Shown: in pieces, positions 13,492 to 26,919 of the stretch
Layout: every line of letters starts with the position of its first letter
Position numbering within the stretch: the first letter of the stretch is position 1
NCBI GenBank assembly: GCA_051294905.1
Contig: CM119371.1
Coordinates: 24,740,001-24,804,000, forward strand
Origin: Botryllus schlosseri
Taxonomy: Eukaryota
Length of the DNA: 64,000 nt
Direction of reading: 5' to 3'
The notes under the pieces: generated by a model
Databases searched by the model: none
Told to the model about the DNA's origin: nothing
Seen by the model: the letters and a program-made list of their open reading frames with translations, nothing else
Translations under genes and position numbers: made by a program

Positions 13492-14955
13492 ATGGCAACC
13501 AACAGCAACACAGACGCAAGTGAAGCTCAAAAAATATTACATAGTCACGATCTTAGAAACCGCAGGGATGAACCTGCTACTGGATCCGGCCTGTCCGATG
13601 ATAATGTTCAAGCAAACATTGGCCTACTTCGTGAAAATCAAAATGTCGTTGTCATAACTCCCGAAATTAACGCGCCTGTCACTCAGACGGACGCCGAGGA
13701 TAATGATGAGGCATCCCGGGGCGCGAGTGGTGAGATTCCCCGGAATGCACCACCTACCCGTGATCCGGTTCGCACGAATTTAGTTGTTGAAACACACCAC
13801 CGTTGCGCTTCTCGCCAACGCGAGAACCGGCAGACTCGCTCGTTCGGCTTGACAAAGGAATATTGCGACATGTGTATTGAGGAAGCTGGACGCGCTATTA
13901 GTTCGTTTAAAGATGCAACTTTTGATCGAACGCGCCCGCTTTATACTTCATTAATTTGAATAGATTGTTTGAAAATTTCAAAATTACATCACAGTACGCG
14001 CGCTGTACATTTCTAGCGAGTGTTACGCAGATCGATGTGCGTATGTCGGTTGCTGAAGTAGACGATACTGATCCCTGGCAACCGGATTCCTTCGATATCG
14101 TGAAAACCGCGCTTTTAAAAGTTTTTCAAAAGAGCATTGATAGGGGGGGTCAAGATATTCGCACGCTTTATGAACAGAAAGGTCTTCTATTGCCGTTGCA
14201 AGCTCACGCCGCGGTAGTCAACTTCTACAGTTCTGTAGCACCGGCGCATCGCCCGGTTGGTCAAATGAAACGTATTTTCTTCAGTATATTGCCCGATTAC
14301 TTACGATACTCTCTGCTAATGCATTGCGAATCCGCTTCCATGAGCGGCCACATTGATTTCAGACGCTAAAGACGCTGATAATTCTCTACAACAATAATGC
14401 CTAACCTAACCTAATGCCTCCTATTTGCTGTTTGTCTTTGACTACGGAACTAAACATGTATTTTTAAATGACTCGGGAAGTGAAAAGAGCTTGATAAAAG
14501 CCCTGACTGATTCATTGGGTAGTCCTTCGGTCGCGTTCCGTTGTCCCAATGACACAATACTTCTCGGCTATGGTCTATCGAAATTGACGCTGTCATTCGG
14601 TTCTTCGGTCCAATATACGTTCAGTTATGAGATCGCATCGCTGCCCTATTCCATAATTGGCGCGGGCTTCCTTCGCCATTTTGGTTGGAATGTAAACATG
14701 CGCGAGCGCACGATTAGGGATGAGCACAATCAAATAACGATCTAAGCCGTTTCGGACGTTCAGAAGGCAGGTTTGGTATCTAACGTGACATCATGTTGTA
14801 CAAATGACGGCATCGCATCACTGCTATCACGCCACCAATCACTTTTTCATTCTGAACTCGACAGACCTCCTCTGCATGGATTTGAATTTGATACACATCA
14901 CGCGTCATTTGTTGGATCGTTTATTCTGTCGATTCGCCTTACGCTATTGTACTAA
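13492..14955 (+). mobile_element. Ty3/Gypsy LTR-retrotransposon relic: gag (frameshifted) and aspartic protease
   Basis: ORF 14425-14745 LFVFD..FLNDSGSEKSLI...YSIIGAGFLRHF matches the Gypsy protease pattern (DSG motif, IIGxxFL); ORFs 13492-13959 and 13956-14369 are gag-like. RT motifs and an LTR pair were not found. The element may span ~12960-16580. Confidence 0.8.
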
Positions 14956-17900
14956 ACGGGTTACCTAAAAAAAACTAAGGATGACTGTTGTACACAAAAC
15001 TTCTACTTTCGGACGACGCTTGACGGCGCCACGGAATTTGCGAGAATATGATCCGTCATTCATTTTCGCAGAAAACTAGCTGCACATTTTATATCAATTT
15101 TTCCTCAATGACTTCGTCATTGTCTTGATGACAATAGCGTGGTCTCGGTTTTCTTTCATCTTTTGTTCTAACGCTATATTCATTATTCGACTTCGTTGCT
15201 TGAATTTCCATTGTGCAGATATGGTCGCCATGCAATTTTAGTGCATCGCTACTGATATCTGGTCACAGAGATCCGTGAAACATTTTTGTATACTCACGAT
15301 TATCTTAACATTGCCTATGCCCATTACAGCTACTTGGGGAACTCGTGAATTTGAAATTGGCTACGGTTGAAGTACGGGGTCTGTAGGTCTTCGCTTCCGC
15401 TCCCGGATCGTATATGTAATGCAGTGAGCACGGGGAAATTACGCTTCCGAGTAATTTACCTTGTACTGGCTTTGATATCTCGCCAAACCGTTTTTCGATA
15501 TGGGGACTGCTGGTGGGCGATTCAGCAATTCTAATGCGCATGGAATTTGTGATTTACACCCCTCCAGTTTAAACTCATACTATTTAATGTCACGATTGCA
15601 TAACGAAGCATAAGTAGAGTTCCGCCGACTTGCGTCTCGCCCGCGTGCCATGTTCTCGAAATGATCCACTGACCGGACGTTATCATACGGTTTTTGGATA
15701 AAATAATTATCCAGCGTTTATGCAAATTAGTCCTAGCACAAACTGTTCTTAAGGCGTATTCCACGGTCGATACGCCATTATTATTGATCAGCCTTCGAAG
15801 CACACGAAAGTAGCCGGGTGCACGTTTCCATTTGCGATATGTTAGGTGTGCGTGCTGTGATTATAACTTATTTGTTATTCCTTATCTATCGATTCATTAG
15901 CTGACCGAGTTATTGATTAGCCCGCGTCGACATTGCGATTTGATATCGACACTCGATTTAGTGCGCCAGCACAATGCACGTGTTTCGACATGTCTTCTTG
16001 ACCCGTTTGATTTCTATTTCTATTCTACATCATGTATATTATGTCACCACTACAAGTAGAAGTAGTTGCAACATATAACAGTGCTAGGATTCCACCTACA
16101 GAGCTGAGCCGCAATCTGCTTCGCTGCCTACCATATCTGCATTTCCCAATTTTGTGTATACGTTTGCTTGCTACCAGTGTGTTTACCATTTTATTTTGCT
16201 CCCCTGTTGTTAGTATCCAATTTGCGACTGCTGCCGGCTTGTCTTACAATTCCAGAAACTCGTACCCGACATTCGTGCCGCCCCCACCGAGAGTCGCACT
16301 AGAGTACCGGATGCCGGAGACGCTCATACGAACTTTCACCTGCAGCCGATACCAGAAACTGCATCACCACTTCGAATTGGAACGCTACACCGATTGCGTC
16401 CTATATCCGATCGCGCGCTGGCTACGAATGCGTCTCGTACCAGAAGATTTTTACGGCTTCCGCGACGGTTTTCGCATTTCACGTAAGTCGACCACCTCCG
16501 CTCGAGGGTCGTGAAGAGACAGCTGCCACAAATGGACACGGGCAGTTCCCGCAGGCAGGTTCCCACCATCGGCGGTGTTATGAAATATTACGATGAGCAT
16601 TTGACATTGGTACAGCCCGGCATCCTCTCGACCCCACCACGCTATGTAAGAATGTAACTATTGGAATTCTTCAAAGGGCCAGTTTTCATTAAAATGAAGT
16701 TTTCTCATGTAAAAATTTGTCAGTTTATGAGGCCAAAAAGTTATGTTTCTGGCCAAACTACTTCGTAAGGACAGACAGTTCCGGCCAGAAATGAAGACGA
16801 GTATTACAATTCTAATATTATGTGGGTAAACACCTAGTTTTTATAGACTAGGTCAATCAAAATCAAGATTTTTAGGGTCAAAAATGAAAAAATTAATATT
16901 TTTTACATCAAAATCTTCCGTTTTTAAGGTAAAAAAATCGCCCTACTCATAACATTTAGTTAGTGGTGGTCAGGAACGAAGTATTTCTACATTTTCAAAG
17001 TAGGCTACATAAGTAAACGTTTGCCTATCTGCACTATTTATTCAGGTGGATATGTTTTGGGATACTTCCAGTTTTACCTGGAACAGTTTTCAGTCAAAAG
17101 TCCTTTTCACAATATGGATTTCGAAAAGTATAAATTTGATTTGGGAAAAGTTTGCATCACATTTTCAAATTTTCTTAAGAACCACGTGATATAGCCAGCC
17201 GTATCAAGGTAACTGAATAGATTTTCGAGGAATCTACCTGTAACATCATGCCGGTATTGAAATTAACTCAAATATTTTCAGCCGGCACTCTCGTCAGGGA
17301 AAACCGTCTGTAGTCGAGTAGATATTTACATCGTTATCTCTATTTCTACTTGAGTAGCAGGGCTGACTACTTTGTACACCTCTGCACACAGTACTTTAAG
17401 TACTGGGGTAACCGTATTTTGCATATGCTCTATTGATCTCTCTTTGAATTCCACTTGTAAGATGTCAGAATTTTGCGACAAATCTTCCCAACATTATCTG
17501 TTTAAAGCAGGGGAGCAACCGTTTTGCTATTCACGGCCGTATTTCGATTACTTATGTAGCCTACGACCGCATTCCAAGTCATGTCTATCAAATAGGCCTA
17601 CCCATGTTTACGGCCTCCAGCACATGAAAAACCTTACTAGCAGCACAATTTGACATCTTAATTTATAAATTGATATCTCATCATCAAGAATTGCGTACAG
17701 AAAACATACCGCGCTAACCAATTAACTTCCTACATCTGATTAGAACGCAACTTTTCCCCATACTCAAGCGGAAGAGAATACATCTTGGCGACGGCCTTCC
17801 CAAACTGCCGAAGCGGAACAATTACTAGTATCTACACCACCTTAGAACACTATGCTAGAACGTGAACTAGAATGGGAGTATTTTAGACTTGGAATCCTCT

Positions 17901-18681
17901 CAATCGGGTATTCGATTTTTGCATCGCTAGCCAAAACAGGAAGTGCTTTAGAGTCGAGTCATGACTCGAGTCATTACAACCCTGCCAGTTGATGATTCGT
18001 GACAAAAAATCCTGTTCGGTGCGACCTTCTCGTAAAATTAGTCGATTACGGATTGACTGGGTGTTTAATAAAAATGACCCGAGTTGAGTCGGATCAAACG
18101 TTGAAATCTGAGAAGGACTTCCGACTCAGGGCGGTAATCCTACGGACGCAACAATCTATGAAACTGGAATGGGGAAAAGTAATATATCAAAAGTTCGTGG
18201 CTTGCGTTGCGTAGGATATATAGCTATCAAATCATGTCAGAATGGCAACCATTGGCATTATGTGAACTCCATGACGTATAGTTAGTTACATGCTGGGTGT
18301 CGCTTGTTATCTTTATCCATGTTATCATCGGTGGCGAGTAAGGTAGTAGTGCGCTCCACAGCTCTAACACCAATGAATTCTTCGCTGATTGGACATTTCT
18401 ATTCCAGTTTTTTTTTAACCAGGGTCCCTAGACCCCATCAGGGCACGAAGCACCACATCAGGGTGTACGCAATGCATTGCGGAATTAGGCCTATATGCTG
18501 CGGAGTGTTTTCTTGACCAATTTATTCAACTGGAAAATACTTTCGCGCTACGCTTGATTTTATGTGAATGGGCTTTCTGATTTTAATATAGGTACCATAA
18601 GAAATTGTGTTGAAAATGGACAGGGGCTAGAATAAATTTTATTGGAAGCACAACGGGTACGATCGCTAGAATGGTTAAGAA

Positions 18682-19964
18682 CAGGACCGTAACAGCACTT
18701 AGTCAGGCCCTACCCAAAACGTTGGTCTTGGGCCCCCATAGGGTGATAAACTGGACTTCTGGGGCGCTTCGCTTCCAGACCCCACCCCCAGGCTACACGC
18801 TGTTTACCGCTTCTTATTATCTAAATTGGGTGTCCGTTTCATGAGTAAGCCTATCTCGCCTGAACGCGTCAGGCCCGAAAAAATTCTATAATACATGATT
18901 CAATCGGTCAATATGATGGGGAATTGCATATATATTGCTACGAATTGTTATCCTCTCTCTGCTCACGTAATCACACGTAGAGCAGACTGAGGTGTGTTTG
19001 AAAGGTAGGACCACTCAATAATAATTAAACATCTTCGGGCGTATACCCGTTGGCAGGAACGAAACAGCACTTTGTCAGGCCCCCAAAAAACCTGGGTCTT
19101 GGGCTCCCGTAAGGTGATAAACCGACACAAGTTGTTCGCTTTTGCCACGAAACTATTTGTACTAGTTAGTTAGCAAGCGCTAAGCGCGAAAATTTTCGAT
19201 AATTCATGATAAAATCGGTCAATAAGATCGGGAATTGCATATATATTGCTTTCAATTTCTTGTCCTCTCTGCTCACGTAATTAGATGTACCGGTAGAGCT
19301 GAGTGAGGTGTCGTGGAAACTGTAGGGTCCGTTGGTATGACTCCGTAACATGATGTTACTTCGTGACCTCCTGTCTGCCTTATAAAAAAAAAATAGAATC
19401 CCCCAAACGTAGGCTACTAAACTAAAAGACGCACACGATTTCAAATTGGTATTTCTTCACTGGCATATAATTTTTCCCTGTGAGATAGTATTTGTCTTTG
19501 AGGTTCCAACTGTCAAGATAGGAACATTCGACACCAATCATTTAGGCGCCCATGGACAATTAAACCTATATGTATTTTGTACATATAACGAAGTTTTGGG
19601 TGATCATAAGGGCAGTCCTTTTCGGCCAAGGTTTTCTCGCTGTCGATCGTTCTGGCACACTTCTTGAAGTCACATGTTACATGGTCTAAAACTTTATATG
19701 TCTTGGTGCATCGTGTTGCGGTAATGGCCAACGCCTATATGCCCATTTCTAAAAATCTTGCGTATTTTTTCTTGGCGCAAGAGTACCCCCCAATCAAGAT
19801 ACTTGGCAACTAGAAATTTAGCGACGCGCGAAAATCTTTGAAAAAGTTGCATAAATTTTCAAAAAATACTCAATAATTTAATTCACGAAATAATTTTGGG
19901 CCACCTTCGAGCTCAACACCACCCCCCCAATTGGGGGGTTTGGCGTGCGGCAGTTACGGCCCTG
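18682..19964 (+). mobile_element. Non-autonomous hAT-type element (family B) with internal partial duplication
   Basis: TIR CAGGACCGTAAC / GTTACGGCCCTG; perfect TSD gttaagaa; homologous to 31091-32311 and, inverted, to 55404-56329. Confidence 0.92.
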
Positions 19965-20569
19965 GTTAAGAAGCAATGCTATTACTATGGCTCAATAATG
20001 ATTATATTGAAGTTGGTATTGATATGTTCCAATAATAATCGAAGGTAAATCTAACGCTGATTTAATTTGACTTTGCCAATGACAGTACCGATATCCTATA
20101 CTTTTCACGACTATCGAAACCAGGATTAGGCTACACCGCTCAAAAGCTCTGATATCAGATCAATCTTCAGTCGATTTTAAAATATTCTACATAATATTGC
20201 GGCACATCAAAGGTCCACTTGCTGCAATATTATAACGCGGCAGTTGTACGATGTCATGATGCATCCTCTCGCATGATGTCTATAACCCATAGAAGAAAAA
20301 AATTATGCCCGGCACAAAAACAATTTTATTCCAATATTTGAAAATGTTATTTTTTCGTGTCAAAACGTGAATAGTACAATAGTAAATTACATTTCCACGA
20401 TATTTTTTGAATGCCTATCTGCAAGGTCCCGTCACATAAGGCCTACTTGGAAAATATACATTGAATATCCCTATTATTGATGCTGCGGCCCGAGGCGTCA
20501 TCAAAAACTAGGAAATTGGCCCGCGAGGACATTTGAGTTTGAGACCTCTGTCCTAATACTAAATTAAAC

Positions 20570-21105
20570 TCTGCAATGAACTCAAAACAACGCAATTTTT
20601 CTTTCAAGTTGAGTAGGCAACTTTACGTGATAATCAAGCGTTGCTTATGGCGTATGTGCACTATATTACATCCACTTTTTAAATTGTAGAGAATTTTTTG
20701 TTTGCTGAGCAATTAGAGGTCCAGACCAAAGGCTCAATCATTTATAAGACAGTCGAATTTGTTTTTAAGCAGAAACAGATTCCCCTTTCGAATTTCATTG
20801 CGTGTGCAACAGATGGAGCATCACCAATAGTTGGACGGCATCGAGGACTCATTGCACATTTGAAAAACGATATTCCTGACATATATTCACGATACGTGTC
20901 ATTTGCAGACAGCATCTAGCTCCAAAGCACCTCAGCGACAGATTACGTGACACCTTGCAAGTTTTTGTTAGAGCAGTAAACAAGATCAAAGCTCATTCAT
21001 TGAATGACCGCATATTTCGCTAACTTGTCGTTACAATGACAAAGAATTTGAGTGGCTCTTGCTTCATACAGAGATCCGGTGGCTCTCAAAAGGCGTATGT
21101 CTGGA
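20570..21105 (+). pseudogene. Buster/Charlie-type hAT transposase fragment (SCAND3/ZBED8-like), disrupted
   Basis: Translations include ALLMAYV, FAEQLEVQTKG, IACATDGASPIVGRHRGLIAHLK, AVNKIKAHSLNDR and LLLHTEIRWLSKG, with stops and frameshifts. Confidence 0.9.
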
Positions 21106-23816
21106 AAATATATATTTGATGAGTATACTGAGAGTATTAGCACTAACTTCATATTGACTATGAGCTTTGATGTGGCATCAGCAGTCAATCATTTGTACAG
21201 AAGGCACTCGTTTTGCTATCTCACTGCATATTATATACAATTCAGGGGCGGGTCAACTGCGACTCCTTCAGCCTTTGATTGCGGCACTTTAATTATATTG
21301 CAGACGGGTTTCGCTATTTACGCGGATGCAATCAATCGCGGATTGTTGCCGTGTTGTTTCTTTATGGTTTACTCAAGACTTGTAAAATTTAGGAAGAGGT
21401 GGCACTACAGTTAAAACTTGGAATTGCACCCTCGAATCTATTTCACAAACGTTTCACCCTCAACGTTTCACCCCTGCCTGGTCATCAATCTATGATAAAC
21501 TATTGTGTTCAACAATGAACTTGATAATTGATCACGCCAACGCGGGTCACGATCATTTCTGGACTTGCAATGGCGGCACTGCTCCTCGATTTGTATTGCA
21601 AAGGCTAACAATAACTGCAGAGTCTGGCCAAGAAAGTGTCGTCTAGCGATAATTGCAAGAAAAGAAAGTATGAACAGGAAAATAGAACGGTAACTAGAAA
21701 CGTTAATACGAAACCAAACAACAAAATTTTGTAACGAGTTACCCAACAGAGAAGGATTTACGGAAAATAAAATTACCGAGCTGAGTCTTTCCTTACATTC
21801 TAATTAGAACTTAAAGGGACTACTCCACACTGCTTCGTTGCCATATCAGTCAGATTTCATACACCTTGCAGCCCAGGTGGAGACGCATTGTATCACCACA
21901 CACCATTGAGCTAAATTCGGTAGCCTAGATTTCATTTGACGAAATATATCCGTTTTTCATAATTTTGTTGTTGTGTCTATTTCATCACGTATGAAGCAGG
22001 TCTTTCCACCCTGATATTTATATGTTCGTATAATACTTATACGCTCTGAAGGAACGGATTTCAGGGGTGGATATTTTCGTCACAACAATTTTTAGCCTTC
22101 ACCAAATTGAAAAGCCTTGAAGAGCACCGATTTAGAAAAATACTCAAAACATTGCATCTACAATATAAAGTCCCTTAAAAATAGGAATTTCCCCATTATT
22201 TTTCTGCTACAATTTCGGCAAATCATTATGGATTACCGTTCTTGAATTTACGTGTCTAATAACTGATCTAATAACAAATCAAAACGATCTTATGATATCA
22301 GATTGCCTTGTTCAAGCACTGTGGCATTTGTCGACCACATTGAAACTCATTTCTATGTTAGCCAATACGCAGTCAATCATATGATGAAATTTTGTCACTT
22401 CGTTTTGTCGACAAAATGAGTGTACACAATGTCAACAAAATGAATAAGTGAACGACTCTTGGACTATTGTAATGCATTTGATCACTACAACCAAATCCCT
22501 GCAGGTCGGGAACAGAGTAATTGAAAATGACAAAAGTATCGACTGGCATGGAAATAAGTTCTGAATACGCCACAACCGCCAATACGTATTGTACACTAAA
22601 TTGTTAGATTTCCCAGATTGAAGTCTGATCCCGCAATTTCACAGAAAATGCCTACAATGAATATTTGCGGGGGTGGGAAGAGTGTTTTTAGTAGTTGTCC
22701 TTCATCAGAAATTTCTGACATTGGAATGGACAGATAAAATCGACATTATACGTTACTCTTGCTGTCGACGCAAGTAGCCCTAAACAGAAAAAAAACATCT
22801 GGTGTTCTCAAACTTGGCATTTACTTTACTTTGATTTTGAGCTATTTTGATCCATCCAAGTTAATTTGATGTAGGCTACAGGAAACTTATAGATAATGAA
22901 TATTAGTTTTCGCCAATTTGTTGACATATTTGATATTGGAATTCCTATATCATCGAAAATAGAACTATTTCTTGCTCACGACGGCGAATATCTCTACACT
23001 CGAAAAGCATCTCCTATTATAAAGCATAATAGTTACAATACTCTTATGTTGGTATCAATTTGCATTGTGCTACGGCCAAAGGTGGTCAATTTAGGAGTAG
23101 AAACGCAAAACCCGACTGAAGTAGAACAAGCACAAAAGAATCAAGTTCTATATTGGACAAGCCAGTATCGAACCGTGCATTTGTATCGAATGCGATAAGA
23201 ATTGTTTCGGAGCAGATCAGCACGGATGTACCGTCTCAAATTTGCTAGTCTGGTTAGTAATGCATTCCCACGTCTAGGAAATAGCTTTATACGGAGCATT
23301 GAGTCGCTAATACACACTCGATAATCTTTCAACCATAGAAATTCACCGACTTAATATTTTTTGCTATATTTTCGTTCGATGATTTGCATCGACTCTCTCG
23401 ATTATTTTTGGGTGACTACGCGAAATGAATGTCGGACATTCCAGCGAGCAATTATATCATGGTTTCGACTAATCACTACTGACAAGTTGCATCATTATAA
23501 TTCAGCTTGCCAGTCTGTTGTTATGTGATTGTACGATGACGCCAGATATCTACGGTTTCGTTGCGGATATTATCAGCATCACGGGATGCTCGACAATATT
23601 TTTTGTAGAATGTGATTTGACGAAACAAAAGTTGCAAAGTTTCACGGAAACAGGCAAGAATATTAAAATATCTGTAAGTTGCAAATTTTGCTGATTGATT
23701 TGTTTTGATATAAATAATTCGTATTATGAAAGGAAGTACCAAGAATTAAATCGACCTTAAACTATACACTGTAATTGTAAATAATTCGGACATGATGATT
23801 ATATCTTATTTCCTAG

Positions 23817-23984
23817 CTCTCGAAGCTCCACATAAGCGATGTCAAAATGCCCGCTGAATGTTACAGCGAAATCGCAACTACACTTAAGTCAATCAGTTGC
23901 GAAGAAATCGTGTTCGGAAACTGTGAATTGACGAGTCGGAAGCTTTTTGAATTCAACACTGGATGTAAAGACAACGATCTATCT
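23817..23984 (+). CDS. Intact 168-bp phase-0 internal exon, LRR-like (copy 1)
   Basis: tttcctag|CTC...TCT|gtaagt; 56 open codons: LSKLHISDVKMPAECYSEIATTLKSISCEEIVFGNCELTSRKLFEFNTGCKDNDLS. Confidence 0.72.
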
Positions 23985-24395
23985 GTAAGTTTGATTAATG
24001 TTCAGAAAACGTGCATTGCTTGTATCACGAGTGCTTGCTAATTTTTCATTTGGTTTCTTATTCCTCTCCGCATATCACACAATAATACTAATCGCAGAAT
24101 ATAATGCGTTTGACGATTGATATTGACAGTAGGCTACTTATTCCGGGGATTGGCCGTTCAAAGTGACTTCTGTGATGGATAAATAGTCAGAAATCCCTCA
24201 AATTAATGAGCACACAACAGAAATTGACAAAATGAATTACTGAACAACTCGTGGACTCTTGCAATGCGTTTGAGCGCTGCAAGCTAATCCCGCATCTTAG
24301 AAACAATTGGAAAATGTAGTTGACTGTATAACAACGCACTGATAAGAATTGCGATGATAGTTTGGGGTAGCCAGTAAATGAGACGGGTAAGTTAA

Positions 24396-26298
24396 AATGA
24401 AATTAGTATAGAGAGCTATGCAAATTTGATCTGGATACGTGGCTAACGATAATACAGCTTGTACACTACATCGGTGGATTTCCTAGATTAAAATGCGATA
24501 AGATCATAATTTCATGGAAAGAGTTAATGACGACAATAACTGCGGGGCGTGAGATGAATAAATCAGCAAAATCGTAAACATTATGCTTATTTATTTCTCG
24601 ACATTTGTGACACTGGAAGGGACAGATAATGAGAATGAGAATGTTTTCGCGCTGTGTAAATATTTATCCTTTCTCAGCCCATGTGCACATATTCACCGGT
24701 ACAAATTGGTATTTCTTTATGGTGTGCAACCCTTTCCTCTGGTGTTCGCATCTGTACTGTAGGGCTCAGATTACAAATGACACTACTATATTAAAATCGC
24801 AAATCAACTCGCATTGAATCACGAGTAGCGCGATGCAAATTTCAAGCAAAATTCAATCCTCTAATTAATTAGGGAGTCAGTTCGTAAATTCAATTTACAT
24901 ATTGACGGCCGACATCACATCCAAATTGAATTAAGCGTCGGCGGCCGCATCATTTTCCTTCTACTGCAGCAGATTGACTAACCCAGGACTAAAGAATTGA
25001 TATTGGGGTTAGCTAGAGACTGTTCTTGCTGGAAACTTATTTCTTCGTAAAGCTTGGCCGTTTTTCACGCGTCTCGGTCTTGGCAGTAAGTGGGCCATTG
25101 CACATCAAGGCAATATTCCCATTCGTATCAGCAAATTCGAATGATATTATCATCGCCGAAGCCGTATCAGCTAGTGATATTGTGAACAAGAGAATGGCTT
25201 ACTTTGAACAGCAACAACAATTTGTATAAACTGAAATCAATTTCAGCATTTCAAAATGCTTTATCAAGCGTTCTTCCGAAATTCAAAGCAGGTCGCGGGC
25301 CACAAAACATGACCTTGCGGGCCGCGTGTTGGTGACCCCTGGCTTCGAGTATGTTACCCTAGCTTTGACAGAAAGTCGAATAATTAGTTTGCACAACATG
25401 CCCAAATACACTGGTTTTTCGTTATGACACAGAGCTAACCTTTTAATTTCAGAGGAATATATATAGACATAGTCCAAGTACGTAGAAGTACCGAAAGCGA
25501 GTTATTTAATTATTAGGAATTATTATGGTGTGATATGTCAAGCAACGTTATCGAAATTGTTAAATATTTATTAAGTCGCAATTTACCTCTTAGGTTTGGG
25601 TTAAACTTCCATTGCTGTCATCCCGGTGCAGTTACTATCTCAAGAATGTTTACGTTTACTGCTAAGATTATGGGAAAATACTGGTACTTCAAACAAAACT
25701 TTCACAGGGGAAAACCTCAAATATTAGTCTGTGGACATGTAGCTCACGGTTCCCATGCCGGAAACCAACGTAAATAAATGTTTGCAACATCTCTAGTAAA
25801 CTATATTTTCATGAACTTCTTCCGAGCTCGTAATGAAAAAAAATATTGGAGTCCCGTATTTATGCGAATCTCGGCCGTAGCTTGAATGAAATTAGTATAG
25901 AGAGCTATGCAAATTTGATCTGGATACGCGGCTAACGATAATACAGCTTGTACACTACATCGGTGGATTTCCTAGATTAAAATGCGATAAGATCATAATT
26001 TCATGGAAAGAGTTAATGACGACAATAACTGCGGGGCGTGAGATGAATAAATCAGCAAAATCGTAAACATTATGCTTATTTATTTCTCGACATTTGTGAC
26101 ACTGGAAGGGACAGATAATGAGAATGAGAATGTTTTCGCGCTGTGTACGTCAGTATCCCTGCAAATATAGTAGTGTCATTTGTAATCTGAGCCCTACAGT
26201 ACAGATGCGAACACCAGAGGAAAGGGTTGCACACCTTAAAGAAATACCAATTTGTACCGGTGAATATGTGCACATGGGCTGAGAAAGGATAAATATTT
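24396..26298. repeat. Inversion with a 263-bp direct duplication and a 135-bp inverted duplication
   Basis: 24396-24658 matches 25885-26147 directly (1 mismatch seen); 24658-24792 matches the reverse complement of 26164-26298 (1 mismatch seen); the DNA between them is inverted relative to paralogue 28765-29060. Confidence 0.88.
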
Positions 26299-26853
26299 GA
26301 TAATAATATTTGAAACTATAATAATATTGACGAAATTCACCCATGAATACCAAAAAATTTTCGCGCTTCGCGCGACTCCGGTACGATTCCCCGTCACTGT
26401 TCATAACTTGATTACTCACGGTTTCGGTGCGAAGTGTAAGCCGATATGAGTAAATAGATTGGACCGGAATTCAGTGGCAAAGGGCATGGTACGTTATACG
26501 CCTCCAGTTATTACATCACGACTATGCACGCGGCCGTAGGCTACAAGTAATCGAAATGCTGCCATGACTAGCAAAAAGTTAGCCCACCCATGTTTTAGTT
26601 GCTGAAGAGTGTTGTCCGGTATCGTGCGCAGCTCACAGTTCAAAATAGAATGGAATTGATGATTCTGATATTTTTTTTTGTATTTGCTTTTCTTCAATAA
26701 AATATTATTTCCTATGCCCGTCAACCATGTTATAGAGCACAGAGTTATATACTGACGTAGGGTTATCAAATTGGGGTCGCTAAACTGCATTGTCTATTGA
26801 AGTCATGCGGCCCGCGGCCTCTGCAAATTTAGAAAAATGGCCCGCGACCCCTG
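24988..26853. mobile_element. hAT-type element (family C) split by the inversion: left half inverted (24988-25341), right half 26593-26853
   Basis: Both halves align to the intact copy 32885-33865 but in opposite orientations; TSD halves are ctcgaagc (reverse complement of 25342-25349) and ctctaagc (26854-26861). Confidence 0.8.
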
Positions 26854-26919
26854 CTCTAAGCATTCATTCAATACTTGCATTAAATTCTTAGCAGTTGCGG
26901 CGCAAAATCACCATGGTTG

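Larger units (their letters stand above)
10273..17854. mobile_element. Long-TIR DNA transposon, P-superfamily/Galileo-like, with nested hAT MITE and Gypsy relic
   Basis: ~230-bp TIRs (10273-10502, 17625-17854) starting CATAGTG; 7-bp TSD ctggaac/ctagaac; degraded + strand coding at ~11338-11600 (NKLYCIVGADFKK...MYEYAERL...FHSHHLRD) loosely resembles the P-transposase C-terminus. Confidence 0.8.

Noticed and set aside
14398..14415. cctaacctaacctaa as an interstitial telomeric (TTAGG) repeat
   Set aside because: Only three units, inside the Gypsy relic; compatible with chance or local slippage.
16032..16514. 160-aa ORF as an independent gene
   Set aside because: No recognisable domain; it lies in the probable 3' part of the decayed Gypsy relic.
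6068..17984. Single element bounded by CAGGGTTGTAA (6068) and TTACAACCCTG (~17984)
   Set aside because: The flanks show no TSD; more likely separate fragments of one family, which also appears near 50720.
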